Origin: Pirellula staleyi DSM 6068
GTDB lineage: Bacteria > Planctomycetota > Planctomycetia > Pirellulales > Pirellulaceae
DNA length: 32,000 nucleotides
Assembly: GCA_000025185.1 (NCBI GenBank)
Contig: CP001848.1
Location: 5,280,001 to 5,312,000 of the forward strand
Direction of reading: 5' to 3'
Shown one piece after another: positions 20,001 to 26,535 of the stretch. The position numbers were made by a program, and so were the translations under genes. A model generated the notes under the pieces. That model did not search any database, was not told the DNA's origin, and worked only from the letters and a program-made list of their open reading frames with translations. Numbering within the stretch: position 1 is the first letter of the stretch; each line of letters starts with the position of its first letter.

Positions 20001-20793
20001 GTCGCTTGCTTCCACTACTTCCCAGGAAACACTTGAACTTCCGCAGCTCGCAGCGATTGCTGCCGCTCGAACTTGCTGCACTCTGCGATCTTCAGACGAT
20101 GTATCGCTCGTCAACTTGCCATCGAGCCATCAAGTGGTTTCTGGTTTTCGAATCGACACCGATCGACTTTCGGCTTTTGTCGACTCGCGGCTGTCCCTAC
20201 GGAGCAGTAAAAGCATCGATATGTCGTCGCAAGCGATCAGCCAATGGCTGCAGAGTTCGCAAGCGGAAGCTCTCACGGTCTACAACGATTTGCAAGCGAG
20301 GGCCTCTCGAAGTTCGCCCGACGAACTTGTGATGTACCAAGCGCTGGGTAATAAGATCCGATTTACGACAAGCTCGCAGCTGCAGCCCGGTGACACAATC
20401 GACGTGCCGCAGTGGCTGATTCCTAAACGAACTTCCGAAGCACGTGTTCCTGAAGTTTCACACGTACAGGGCTGCACCGGTGAAGGGGCGCTGCGGAGCG
20501 TCGCGGTGGCACGAACCGAGCCGCGCGATAGCCGTCCTGCCAGTCATCGCTCTCTCGCTTTGGCCGCTCTCGGAGCGATCATCCTTGCTTCCGTCAGCAT
20601 CTTACTGATCAGCCCCTTGCGACACTGGATCGTCACGCATCTTGGATTCGTCTGCGTCCTGACTGGACTCGCAGTTTGGCCATTGCTTCCGGATGCTTGG
20701 ACTTCGATTTTGCTTTGGCTCATCCTGGCTGTCATCAGCGGCATGCAGCTGCCGCGCCGCTGGATGGTGACCTCGACACAACAAGTACGGTAG
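14053..20793 (+). CDS. Giant membrane protein B (2246 aa): two A-like modules separated by an internal four-helix TM cluster, ending in a three-helix TM cluster
   Basis: It is an uninterrupted 6.7 kb ORF whose ATG overlaps the stop of protein A (ATGA, 14053-14056). It has an N-terminal signal-like helix (LAPLALQLLVTMLGTFLCFGA). The internal TM cluster is at aa 1051-1150 (17203-17502). The terminal TM cluster is at aa 2167-2233 (20551-20751). Confidence 0.85.
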   Translation: MIGESSLRRWLAPLALQLLVTMLGTFLCFGADPEPTESVLYRRVFVPEADLSTEIRGLLPIKREEFDRLIAIAAQPSSDAGAATTARLTQVDYTARLEGDQLVEGELLAEVTLSSTEPTILSLGETSLALGAGEWLGGASKPAIVGTDRSGKAMLLVQQSGTWQQKFTARGQREATVLTIPLTLPPSSRSRLHLDLPTDVELSCDVGIVSRDVTSADKQVGGPQEEASKTSANPSTRRWIVQLGGHQQASLVITPLASVGQLSSLVLLRESASYFLSPGAIDTEFQLEFDVHSRPLTELSIKLPPTVEPVAIRWGEQQLTWTTFTADDETKTLRVPLPTPLSGMGRVIQVSTVSPTPLASKFDLPRIAVEHATWQEGRATVTASRALRLRATPRQGCWQSAVASSSSPRWGESLQFQYHKSDAAVEVELESPQLRLGITSGTIVSIDGTQMSGVFTADLTALAGDRFELTAILARRWIVDAVESTPANLFEDRVLTPTGPNLQQLRMRLVRPLREGNTVRIVIRAHQRRLAPDQQVPIDWLRMVEFPTIVESREWLAIKSSDPSLVPQWIGDASITRLDLQRATPAELSLFESSPGPNGVLLDRLSNNLKLDVRRADPRFSAESNITTKLDRRGIEHVLAVKVMPETTAISKLLIRLAPAPEEEPTWRLVGAAARSSTITQTLLSPPPGDSPQREQLWQLEFSTPQGGTFELEATTRQSPSRLVSVPLLSLPQATQQQGTVSVAALDATEFQLIADRLTPLPQSYAANVVEASRHFYQYDPGRNATLVLQIASAKKEGSAAKSTENLEKLPETAEAPRAIAWSMVVHSRYPWSGDALHEASLHLENWGLDRLPIRLPPQALLQEIEIDGRRAPLPIVRPTDSELTIALPRDNRLSKVVVRYQAPAEPTNWLYERKLELVSPMLAIPVAHREWLVTPPGGMLPINESALRVLPLDSSSQTVAQRAPGDRIELETGKLAPATFWGWPRLPRWLSSGSPPRAKSASFRAAGPVAPGAIDPPQTAGDPEPVYRVNLASAGETTLIVYDPTRATTLGLAAALCSMGLVVWLLRERLLTALTSALALLLLSIIVPNSLLPLVAGVSAGILAGILVAGLFPTRVVVARLHDDRTGSTTRLLPYAGALLLLAALAGQLRSQESAPMPLAQQQPIAKVVIAVDAENKPVGDYVFVPPNFYETLLRREASVTTSQTPWLIRDAQYDLQLSPSVTDEVVRAEMLAVTYTITTQKQAEKVAIPLKRAELRLVEGRAQLDGFPASAVWSEDGNSLLLDIPAAGDHKLKLAFALETRVEPQQSRVTVSIPKVAHAALRISSPVALQRLEIPSALGASETSLDEPLTYAALGATSLLDVSWTSLATDELQSVVEADQLLWCRIRPSSVIVQGKFIVRPLRGSIREVAITAPSNYVLLPGSNNPLIARSWKTEGEPATFHFELRERTASEVKIDASFLLAGGTGVGNVAIPKVNVLADRIARSWVTLATGSELEIAPLTDEKGKLDPLVFVEAWGPTTLSETPAVALDLSTNTASSVVVAPAIEQSRCEQWIDFSVARATCKIQFQASLQGLSSHHFEHRIRLPASVVVKRLVVREDNKLAPCRWAQSKDGTVDVLLLQPPATLQNIELEASIPAPQQGKLELAEFLVEGAECAGSRVRLYRLPDVQLSLGKLVGYVAEPNPAVGEDWPLLGRLVAEVRRIPLEQMNQRRELELVIAPNEPAAHGKLITTIEPSDDGWQAKLSADFTSTSGSIDIFRVLLPSQLEAPSEITPAVDHQLVTTMGESQRQLVVKPPKPVDSQFAFSLTAKLAPAMGGILRVPMPMLLDLTEVDSLVVLPQRVGSQTLNWQTSGLQSLPRDAAVTLVPDLAASSEVFRVVSSSPSAELAITAPSSSNPTLFLADYQLIIDSTGSVSGNSVFLLDSAGKSTIPLELPPRSTLLSVTIDGCLVIPQVISSGQVLVPLPITGVPQVIEVNWLYKTSLASTTSQETLELPQLAAIAAARTCCTLRSSDDVSLVNLPSSHQVVSGFRIDTDRLSAFVDSRLSLRSSKSIDMSSQAISQWLQSSQAEALTVYNDLQARASRSSPDELVMYQALGNKIRFTTSSQLQPGDTIDVPQWLIPKRTSEARVPEVSHVQGCTGEGALRSVAVARTEPRDSRPASHRSLALAALGAIILASVSILLISPLRHWIVTHLGFVCVLTGLAVWPLLPDAWTSILLWLILAVISGMQLPRRWMVTSTQQVR

Positions 20794-21120
20794 CCTCTCT
20801 TAGCACGCTTACCTCAGCACTGGTTTGCCAATTCCACGCGAACCTCGCATGCTGCGAAGGGCTCTACCCTCTGTACCAATTTGTTTGCTAAAATTGATTA
20901 ATCTCAAGCACGAACACGGCCAATCCCTTTCGCATCGATTTCGTTTCGGATGGATGCTAAAGCTCCTCTGCTGATCGACGAAGCAAAGCCCAGCCCCTCG
21001 TCGCATAGACTTGCCTAGTTACCCCTCGTCACCACAGCCGAGAGCGTGCTTGAGAGCAAATCCCACAGCCCACAGCCCAAAAATCACCCAGCCAACTCCT
21101 TCACCAACCAACACACACAT

Positions 21121-21195
21121 CGGGGCGTAGCTCAGCCTGGCTAGAGCGCTACGTTCGGGACGTAGAGGCCGCAGGTTCAAATCCTGTCGCCCCGA
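21121..21195 (+). tRNA. tRNA-Pro (anticodon CGG)
   Basis: I folded the cloverleaf by hand. The acceptor stem pairs CGGGGCG with CGCCCCG. The D stem pairs GCTC with GAGC. The anticodon stem pairs CTACG with CGTAG around the loop TTCGGGA (anticodon CGG, G37). The T stem pairs GCAGG with CCTGT around the loop TTCAAAT. The discriminator is A, CCA is not encoded, and the length is 75 nt. Confidence 0.95.
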
Positions 21196-21770
21196 CTTGA
21201 CTGGACAAGAAGCCCTTCGGCGAGAACGTCGAAGGGCTTTCTTATTGTGGGGACTAGAGTTACGTCGACGAGCTTCGAGTTCAAACAGACGATTTCTAGA
21301 AGTAGTCGCTTTTCTGCGATATCGGCCGCAAGCCATTTAGCCCCAAGAGCTTGCGAAAGTTCAAACACTTTCACCGCCCAATCGCCTCTTTCCGACTGCT
21401 GACGAGCAGTTCCTTCGAGTCGCGTTTGCAGCTTCGTTTCCTTGGAACGTAGTTCCGACTGCTTCGCGGCAAAAGTCTCCGATTCAATCTCATCGAGGAG
21501 ACGCAGGTTCAGCAGACGATCTTTCTGCTTCCGAACAGCGTCGACTTCTCGTTGCAATTCATCGCGCTCAGACGTCGCATCTTGCTCCGCAGTTGTGGAC
21601 TTGGCACGAAGCACTTCGACCACCCAGCAGCAAACACCCTCATCTTCGATTCGCATCCTCTGAAACAGATCGAGCATTTGGCGATCTAGTTCCGATTCCA
21701 CCAGACGAACACGAGGATGACCTGCGGCGTTGTAGCGAGCGCATCGATAGTACCGATACTCGCATGCCAA
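21177..21770 (-). pseudogene. 5'-truncated large serine recombinase (zinc beta-ribbon remnant + coiled-coil C-terminal region only)
   Basis: The translation starts mid-domain at EYRYYRCARYNAAGHP, which resembles the second half of the recombinase zinc ribbon (the YVYYHC-type motif). A long coiled-coil follows (ELQREVDAVRKQKDRLLNLRLLDEIESETFAAKQSELRSKETKLQ), then EKRLLLEIVCLNSKL...RKPFDVLAEG, which is typical of the C-terminus of this family. No resolvase catalytic domain is present, and an in-frame TGA lies at 21792-21794. The last codons run through the tRNA terminator hairpin and into the tRNA 3' end. Confidence 0.7.
21210..21247 (+). terminator. Intrinsic terminator downstream of tRNA-Pro
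   Basis: A 10-bp perfect stem pairs AAGCCCTTCG (21210-21219) with CGAAGGGCTT (21230-21239), followed by TCTTATTGT. Confidence 0.6.
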
Positions 21771-21824
21771 GAATAAAACGCTCTGCAGCCCTCAGAAGGG
21801 GCCTTGTTCGATGACATTCGTTTA

Positions 21825-22970
21825 CTAATCCGCCCCTGACGGTTTTGAGGCAGATTGGATCCATTTCTCGAATGCAGCGAAACGCTGCTCTTCATCCTTA
21901 AAACCAAGGGTGGATGGCGAAAAAAGGACTCGGTCATCTGGCCGTAGATACTTAAAACCAAAATCTGCCGGGTTTTTGCCTGCCCGAACAATCAGAGACG
22001 CCAAAGCAATGTCGCGAAGCTGTGATTTGATCACAACACCTCTTGAGAAAAAGGTTTCTATCGGCGATGCATCATCCAAATAAACCTGAACCAATTTGTC
22101 GTCCTCGGCGAGGCGATATTTTGCAAGTGCCAGAAGTGCGAACTGCTTTTGGTTGGGAGGAGTTGCTGGATCGCGTAGTAATTCTCGCGCAATCGGAGCC
22201 GCGCTGTCGTCAACGTACCGAAGTCCATCCATCATCCGCTCGAAGGCCGAGCGTTGATCTCCGCCACCCCGTAGCCATCTCGATTGAATGGCACTCCAAG
22301 CGTTGTCAGTACTCACCAAGTCGACAATGGCTGAATGTCGCCAAAGTTCTTTGATCAACTGCCGATCTTCCTCGGAAATGAGCGATTCGTACCTGATCCC
22401 CAAGTAAACGACGGTCAGTGCTGTACTCCCCGAGATGCTCATACGCCCTTGCTGGTTCTTCAAAATAGATCGTACCTGTCGGCAACGCTCCAAGAACCGC
22501 CTGGGGTAAGTGTCCTCAGCACTCGCCGATTCTTCCCATAGCGATGACTCCTCTTTTTGCAGACTAAGGAAGGTTTGGCGTGCGACACGCGATGTTCCGA
22601 ATAGCTTGCGGTAGCGATCCCAATCAGGAAATTCGTGATTGTCGACCCCCTCCGGATCATTGAGGAAAGCTTCGGCGCGGAGTTGGAAGTCGGTGTCGCG
22701 TACGGCTGCCCACAGCTTTGCACAGCGCCAACGAATCTCTGGATCACCTCCGCGCAGGCCAGCAAGGAGTTCCGACTTGGCCGCTAAACCCAACTCCGAT
22801 AATTGAAGACTGGCATTCTCGCGTACTTCAAACGATTCATCCCCCAGTTGTTGAATCCACTGGCCAATCTGTATCGGCCTAACGCTCGAATCGTCACCCA
22901 CCGCAGCGTTCAAGGCGCAGCAGTAAGCGATGCAAAGGATGATTAGTGATTTGCGAGCCCCAGACGACAT
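21825..22970 (-). CDS. Secreted protein with N-terminal HEAT-like motif
   Basis: The signal peptide is MSSGARKSLIILCIAYCCALNAAVG. The segment QWIQQLGDESFEVRENASLQLSELGLAAKSELLAGLRGGDPEIRWRCAKL matches the LGxxxFxxREx-A-xxL...DxEVRxRA HEAT-like pattern common in planctomycete secreted proteins. The rest is unassignable. It starts 29 nt downstream of the preceding gene in the same operon. Confidence 0.7.
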   Translation of the reverse strand: MSSGARKSLIILCIAYCCALNAAVGDDSSVRPIQIGQWIQQLGDESFEVRENASLQLSELGLAAKSELLAGLRGGDPEIRWRCAKLWAAVRDTDFQLRAEAFLNDPEGVDNHEFPDWDRYRKLFGTSRVARQTFLSLQKEESSLWEESASAEDTYPRRFLERCRQVRSILKNQQGRMSISGSTALTVVYLGIRYESLISEEDRQLIKELWRHSAIVDLVSTDNAWSAIQSRWLRGGGDQRSAFERMMDGLRYVDDSAAPIARELLRDPATPPNQKQFALLALAKYRLAEDDKLVQVYLDDASPIETFFSRGVVIKSQLRDIALASLIVRAGKNPADFGFKYLRPDDRVLFSPSTLGFKDEEQRFAAFEKWIQSASKPSGAD

Positions 22971-22999
22971 GCGACTATTTCCCCATTCAGATGCTTGCG

Positions 23000-25597
23000 T
23001 TAGTTCTTGGAAGCAGTGGATGGCGGCAACACATAAATCGTGCTCACAGAGGGGATCGTTACCGTCTTGGCTTCGGTAAGTATCTTGATGACCTCATCTG
23101 TTGCAGCGCGCAGCCGGGGGAGATTCACTCCTTGATTAGCACGGGTAAGAGCGCGTGCCACTTCAGGCGAGTCGAGCACCATCAAGCCGAGATGGAGCCG
23201 CTTGGAACTAGAAGCGAGGATTTCAGCGGATTCGGAAGAAAGCGTCGAAAGGGCCGGGAGGACAATGCTATTCCCGACTACATCGCCTTCTGCAAATCGC
23301 CTGGCCAATGTTGGCGAGTCGAGCACAGTCAAGTTCCTGATGTAGAAGAGCTGCTTGTACTGACACAGCGCCGGAGCAGCATCGCTGGAAACCGTCTCGA
23401 GATTCGACAACGTCCAATTAATTTGGCGGGCAAACCGCTCGGCGAGCGGCACGGAGTCGAGTTGCTTCAGATCAATCTGCAAAACACCGGGGATTTTTGC
23501 CAGCGACTCGGCAGCTTTGGGAGAGAGTTTCTCAGCTGCAGGGCCCGAAAGGATCAGGTAGGGACCAGGGAACGACGCTAATGCGGAAGCTGATTCGTCT
23601 GGCAATTCGCCGAGACCTTGTATGGCAAGAATCCCTTCGTACCTAGCAAGTTCCACAGCCACATCGGGGGGAAGCGTGGGGAAACCGCTGCTGGGGAAAC
23701 CAAAGTCGCCACCAAAGTATAGTTTTGGCGAATTGCTGAGCCTGGTGTAACCGAGATCCTTGATGCCCCGGTTGAGCGAACTCACCAGAACTTGCGCTGC
23801 TTCGCGTGAAAGTTCGGTGAGGTTGGGAAACACAATGAAGCCACCGCCGAGGTTCGTATCGGTTGGCGTGCCAGCAAATGCGCCCGCGAATTCCACCGGG
23901 AGCGTGGTGACGCCGAGGTTCAAGCGAAAGGTTTGCCGGGCCATGAGACTCACCGTTTCGAGCGAGACCTCCTGTACCGACGGGAACGAAATCGACAGCC
24001 AACGTTTCTTCAATAAAAGCTGCGCTGTCTCGGTCGAAAGTTCTTCCAAGTTGGGGAAATTTAGTTCACCACTAGGACGATATTCGACCGTGCCGTCGGC
24101 CCTCCGAATCTCTTGATCCGGGAAATTACCAAGCGCCGCGGCAGCTTCGAGTGAAATCGATGTGACGCCTGGAAAGTTAAAGCCGTTGCTCTTGGCAAGT
24201 GTTTCGGCGAGGAGTGCCGAGTCGAGTTTCTGCAAACTAGGAAGGCTTAGGCTGGCGCGTTGTGACACTCCAGCGCGAAAAGTAGTGCTGGCCAGCGCAG
24301 CACTGACAATGCGAACTTGTCCTGGACTGAGTACTTTCACATCCTGTAGTGAGATACCCAAACCAGAACTCAAAATCGTCTTCAGAATCTCATCAGAGGG
24401 TAGCTCGTTTCCCACGAGTGTCAGGCCGATGCGTCTAGGACACGCCGCCAGCGTTTCGGCAGTTGTGGGTGTCAACGCAGCGAGCGGCAAGTAAACGCCC
24501 CCCCAGAAACTATCTTGACCTTTGACCCCAACGAGTTGTTCCAGATGCTCGTTCGACAACTCCTTAAGTTTGGGCAGAAGTACGACAATTGCTGCCAGTT
24601 TTTTGGCCAGCGCGAGGGAGTCGAGGGATGTTAGATTGGGAAGCGAAAGTGTGCCGATGGTACCAGCTAATTCTTCCTGGACTTCTGGCGAGACTTGCGA
24701 CAAACCGGCAAGCGTCAAGCTGCGTGAGGTCTTGGCCAACTCCTCGGCAACTTCTGGTGAGATCGACTTGAGGTAAGGGAACGATAAGGCTTCGGGCCGC
24801 GAAGCAAGTTTCGCAGCCAATGGCACCGAATCGAGTTCAGTTAGGCCCGTGAGAATCAGATGCCCGCGAAGCTTGACGAGAGCGTCAGCTGCTTCCGTCG
24901 ATACAGATGTCACCGAGTGTAGCCAGACGTTTGCCGCTTGGCTTTTTGCGAGTGCTTCGGCTACCGCAGGCGACAACCTCTTGATGCCAAGGATTAACGT
25001 GTCGCCTCGAAATTCGGCGAGCACTTCAGCTACCTCGGGAGTGATCTCGAACGTGGTGCTGAGTTGCAAGATACCAAAGCGAGATTCCGCTTCCGTTGCC
25101 TGAACGAGCTCCCTCACTTCCGCTGCCGTGACAATTTGAGAGGCCTTAGGCGCAACTTCCGGAAGAGATTGCTCCTGGTTTGACAGAGAACTTGCTGGGA
25201 AACGCCCCAACTGAAACAACTCGCCTATGGTTGGCGAATTGGGAAGTGATGGGTTCGCCGGAATATCTTTCAACCGCCGCCCCACTTCCAGTTGTCGTTG
25301 CGGCACTTCACGGTCGCGGGTTGTCAGCAGCGTGTTGACCGCATTGCCAAACTCGTTACGCGGCCCCCCATATCTGGCAAGATGACACGCCGAGCAAGTT
25401 CCAGATCGATGAACGCGTTTGGAGAGGGCTCGCCTGGCTTCAAGATTATCAACGCTGCGAATGAGTTCGCGAACCGCACCGTCGAGTCCACAGATGGCAC
25501 CTGCCTCGCGGGTGACTCCGAGCAATGCCACGCTCAGCAGCATCCCTAGGAGGGTGCAGAAAAGTTTGGAGCGGCCGTTGCCTTTGCATGTATACAT
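23000..25597 (-). CDS. Secreted LRR-like solenoid protein with a single N-terminal CxxCH motif
   Basis: I prefer the ATG at 25597 (MYTCKGNGRSKLFCTLLGMLLSVALLGV, signal-like) over 25687, which would overlap the anti-sigma gene by 40 nt. The CSACH motif is encoded at 25382-25396. After it come about 25-30 degenerate 22-24 aa units of the form L-x-x-L-S-P-E-x-A-E-x-L-A-x-x-x-x-x-L-x-L-x-G. Confidence 0.75.
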   Translation of the reverse strand: MYTCKGNGRSKLFCTLLGMLLSVALLGVTREAGAICGLDGAVRELIRSVDNLEARRALSKRVHRSGTCSACHLARYGGPRNEFGNAVNTLLTTRDREVPQRQLEVGRRLKDIPANPSLPNSPTIGELFQLGRFPASSLSNQEQSLPEVAPKASQIVTAAEVRELVQATEAESRFGILQLSTTFEITPEVAEVLAEFRGDTLILGIKRLSPAVAEALAKSQAANVWLHSVTSVSTEAADALVKLRGHLILTGLTELDSVPLAAKLASRPEALSFPYLKSISPEVAEELAKTSRSLTLAGLSQVSPEVQEELAGTIGTLSLPNLTSLDSLALAKKLAAIVVLLPKLKELSNEHLEQLVGVKGQDSFWGGVYLPLAALTPTTAETLAACPRRIGLTLVGNELPSDEILKTILSSGLGISLQDVKVLSPGQVRIVSAALASTTFRAGVSQRASLSLPSLQKLDSALLAETLAKSNGFNFPGVTSISLEAAAALGNFPDQEIRRADGTVEYRPSGELNFPNLEELSTETAQLLLKKRWLSISFPSVQEVSLETVSLMARQTFRLNLGVTTLPVEFAGAFAGTPTDTNLGGGFIVFPNLTELSREAAQVLVSSLNRGIKDLGYTRLSNSPKLYFGGDFGFPSSGFPTLPPDVAVELARYEGILAIQGLGELPDESASALASFPGPYLILSGPAAEKLSPKAAESLAKIPGVLQIDLKQLDSVPLAERFARQINWTLSNLETVSSDAAPALCQYKQLFYIRNLTVLDSPTLARRFAEGDVVGNSIVLPALSTLSSESAEILASSSKRLHLGLMVLDSPEVARALTRANQGVNLPRLRAATDEVIKILTEAKTVTIPSVSTIYVLPPSTASKN
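23048..25075 (-). repeat. Array of degenerate ~23-24-codon LRR-like repeats (protein-level periodicity)
   Basis: Consecutive units include IKRLSPAVAEALAKSQAANVWLHS, VTSVSTEAADALVKLRGHLILTG, LTELDSVPLAAKLASRPEALSFPY, LKSISPEVAEELAKTSRSLTLAG and LSQVSPEVQEELAGTIGTLSLPN. The pattern continues to LSSESAEILASSSKRLHLGLMVLDSPEVARALT. The DNA copies have diverged. Confidence 0.7.
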
Positions 25598-25647
25598 TGC
25601 GATTGACTCTCTGAAGCTTGCGCCGTGTGCTTGAGGGGACAAGTGGG

Positions 25648-26535
25648 TCACAAGCCATCGGTTTGGGCCATCAAAGGCGTTACCCAATCGTGGGTGTCTC
25701 CCGACGATTCCACGCTGACGAAAAACATCTTAGGCTGCTGAACGAACTGATTCGCCTGAATCGGCAGTATCAAATCGCCCGCGTTACGATCCACAGCAAA
25801 GATGCCACCATCGATCATCTCGTTACCCGACAAATCGCTCCCCACAATCCAAACCTGATACAGCCTCCGCTGCACTGCTTCGCCGCTGGCCAATGCCCGT
25901 AGTCGCAAATAGCCAGTCTGCTGCCCGCTGCTCCAAACAATATCGCCGCTTGGCTCGCTACCGCCGACGCCATTGTCGCTAACCAGTTGCAGATGCAGCA
26001 CATCTGGGGATGAGGTAAGAAGCTGCTCACGCAGTTCAGCAATCGTTGGCTCGGAGCTGGGTCGAGAAGTTTCGCCATCAGTGGGGCGCGATGGTGGTGC
26101 GCTATTTTCTGCCACCGATGGCAATTTAGGGGAAGGACTCGATGGCAGGCTACTGGACGGCCAGCGGCTCCAAGCAAACACCGCCAGCACGAGACACGCA
26201 GCCGCTGCTGCCCAAGCGATGCCTTCACGCCAACGCATCCTGTTTCCAAGCTGCTTTTCACTCCCAAGGGTAACGTAAGGAGTGACAGGGAGTTCCGAAG
26301 GATTCTGTGCCAAGATGCGTTCCCGCAAGTGCTGCGGTAGCGGTTCGCAATCTTCCGCAGCCGCAGCGATGTCCAGCATTGCAGCAGTGCGGTCAAGAGC
26401 CGCAACGTCAACGTCGGGATTCTCTTGCAACAGCGACTTTAGTTCCAGCTGCTCGGCTGTGCTAAGTCCCTCTATTGCCTGATCCGCAAGGAGCCTGAGT
26501 ATTCGGTCATGATTGGTAGGATGAGATGAGTTCAT
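25648..26535 (-). CDS. Anti-sigma factor, single-pass, with C-terminal RskA-type (anti-sigma-K) domain
   Basis: The N-terminal sigma-binding helices read ILRLLADQAIEGLSTAEQLELKSLLQENPD. The TM helix is IAWAAAAACLVLAVFAW. The C-terminal pattern YQVWIVGSDLSGNEMIDGGIF...KMFFVSVESSG resembles the RskA extracytoplasmic domain. Its ATG overlaps the sigma factor stop (ATGA, 26532-26535). Confidence 0.8.
   Translation of the reverse strand: MNSSHPTNHDRILRLLADQAIEGLSTAEQLELKSLLQENPDVDVAALDRTAAMLDIAAAAEDCEPLPQHLRERILAQNPSELPVTPYVTLGSEKQLGNRMRWREGIAWAAAAACLVLAVFAWSRWPSSSLPSSPSPKLPSVAENSAPPSRPTDGETSRPSSEPTIAELREQLLTSSPDVLHLQLVSDNGVGGSEPSGDIVWSSGQQTGYLRLRALASGEAVQRRLYQVWIVGSDLSGNEMIDGGIFAVDRNAGDLILPIQANQFVQQPKMFFVSVESSGDTHDWVTPLMAQTDGL

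Noticed and set aside
21019-21336. A 105-aa minus-strand ORF covering the tRNA-Pro gene.
   Set aside because: It is simply the reverse-complement reading of the tRNA and its terminator. The tRNA cloverleaf is unambiguous.
25598-25687. A 30-codon upstream extension of the LRR-like protein ORF (start at 25687).
   Set aside because: It would overlap the anti-sigma gene by 40 nt and would place 30 non-hydrophobic residues in front of the signal peptide. The ATG at 25597 gives a normal signal peptide. I rejected the longer form only weakly, because it remains possible.
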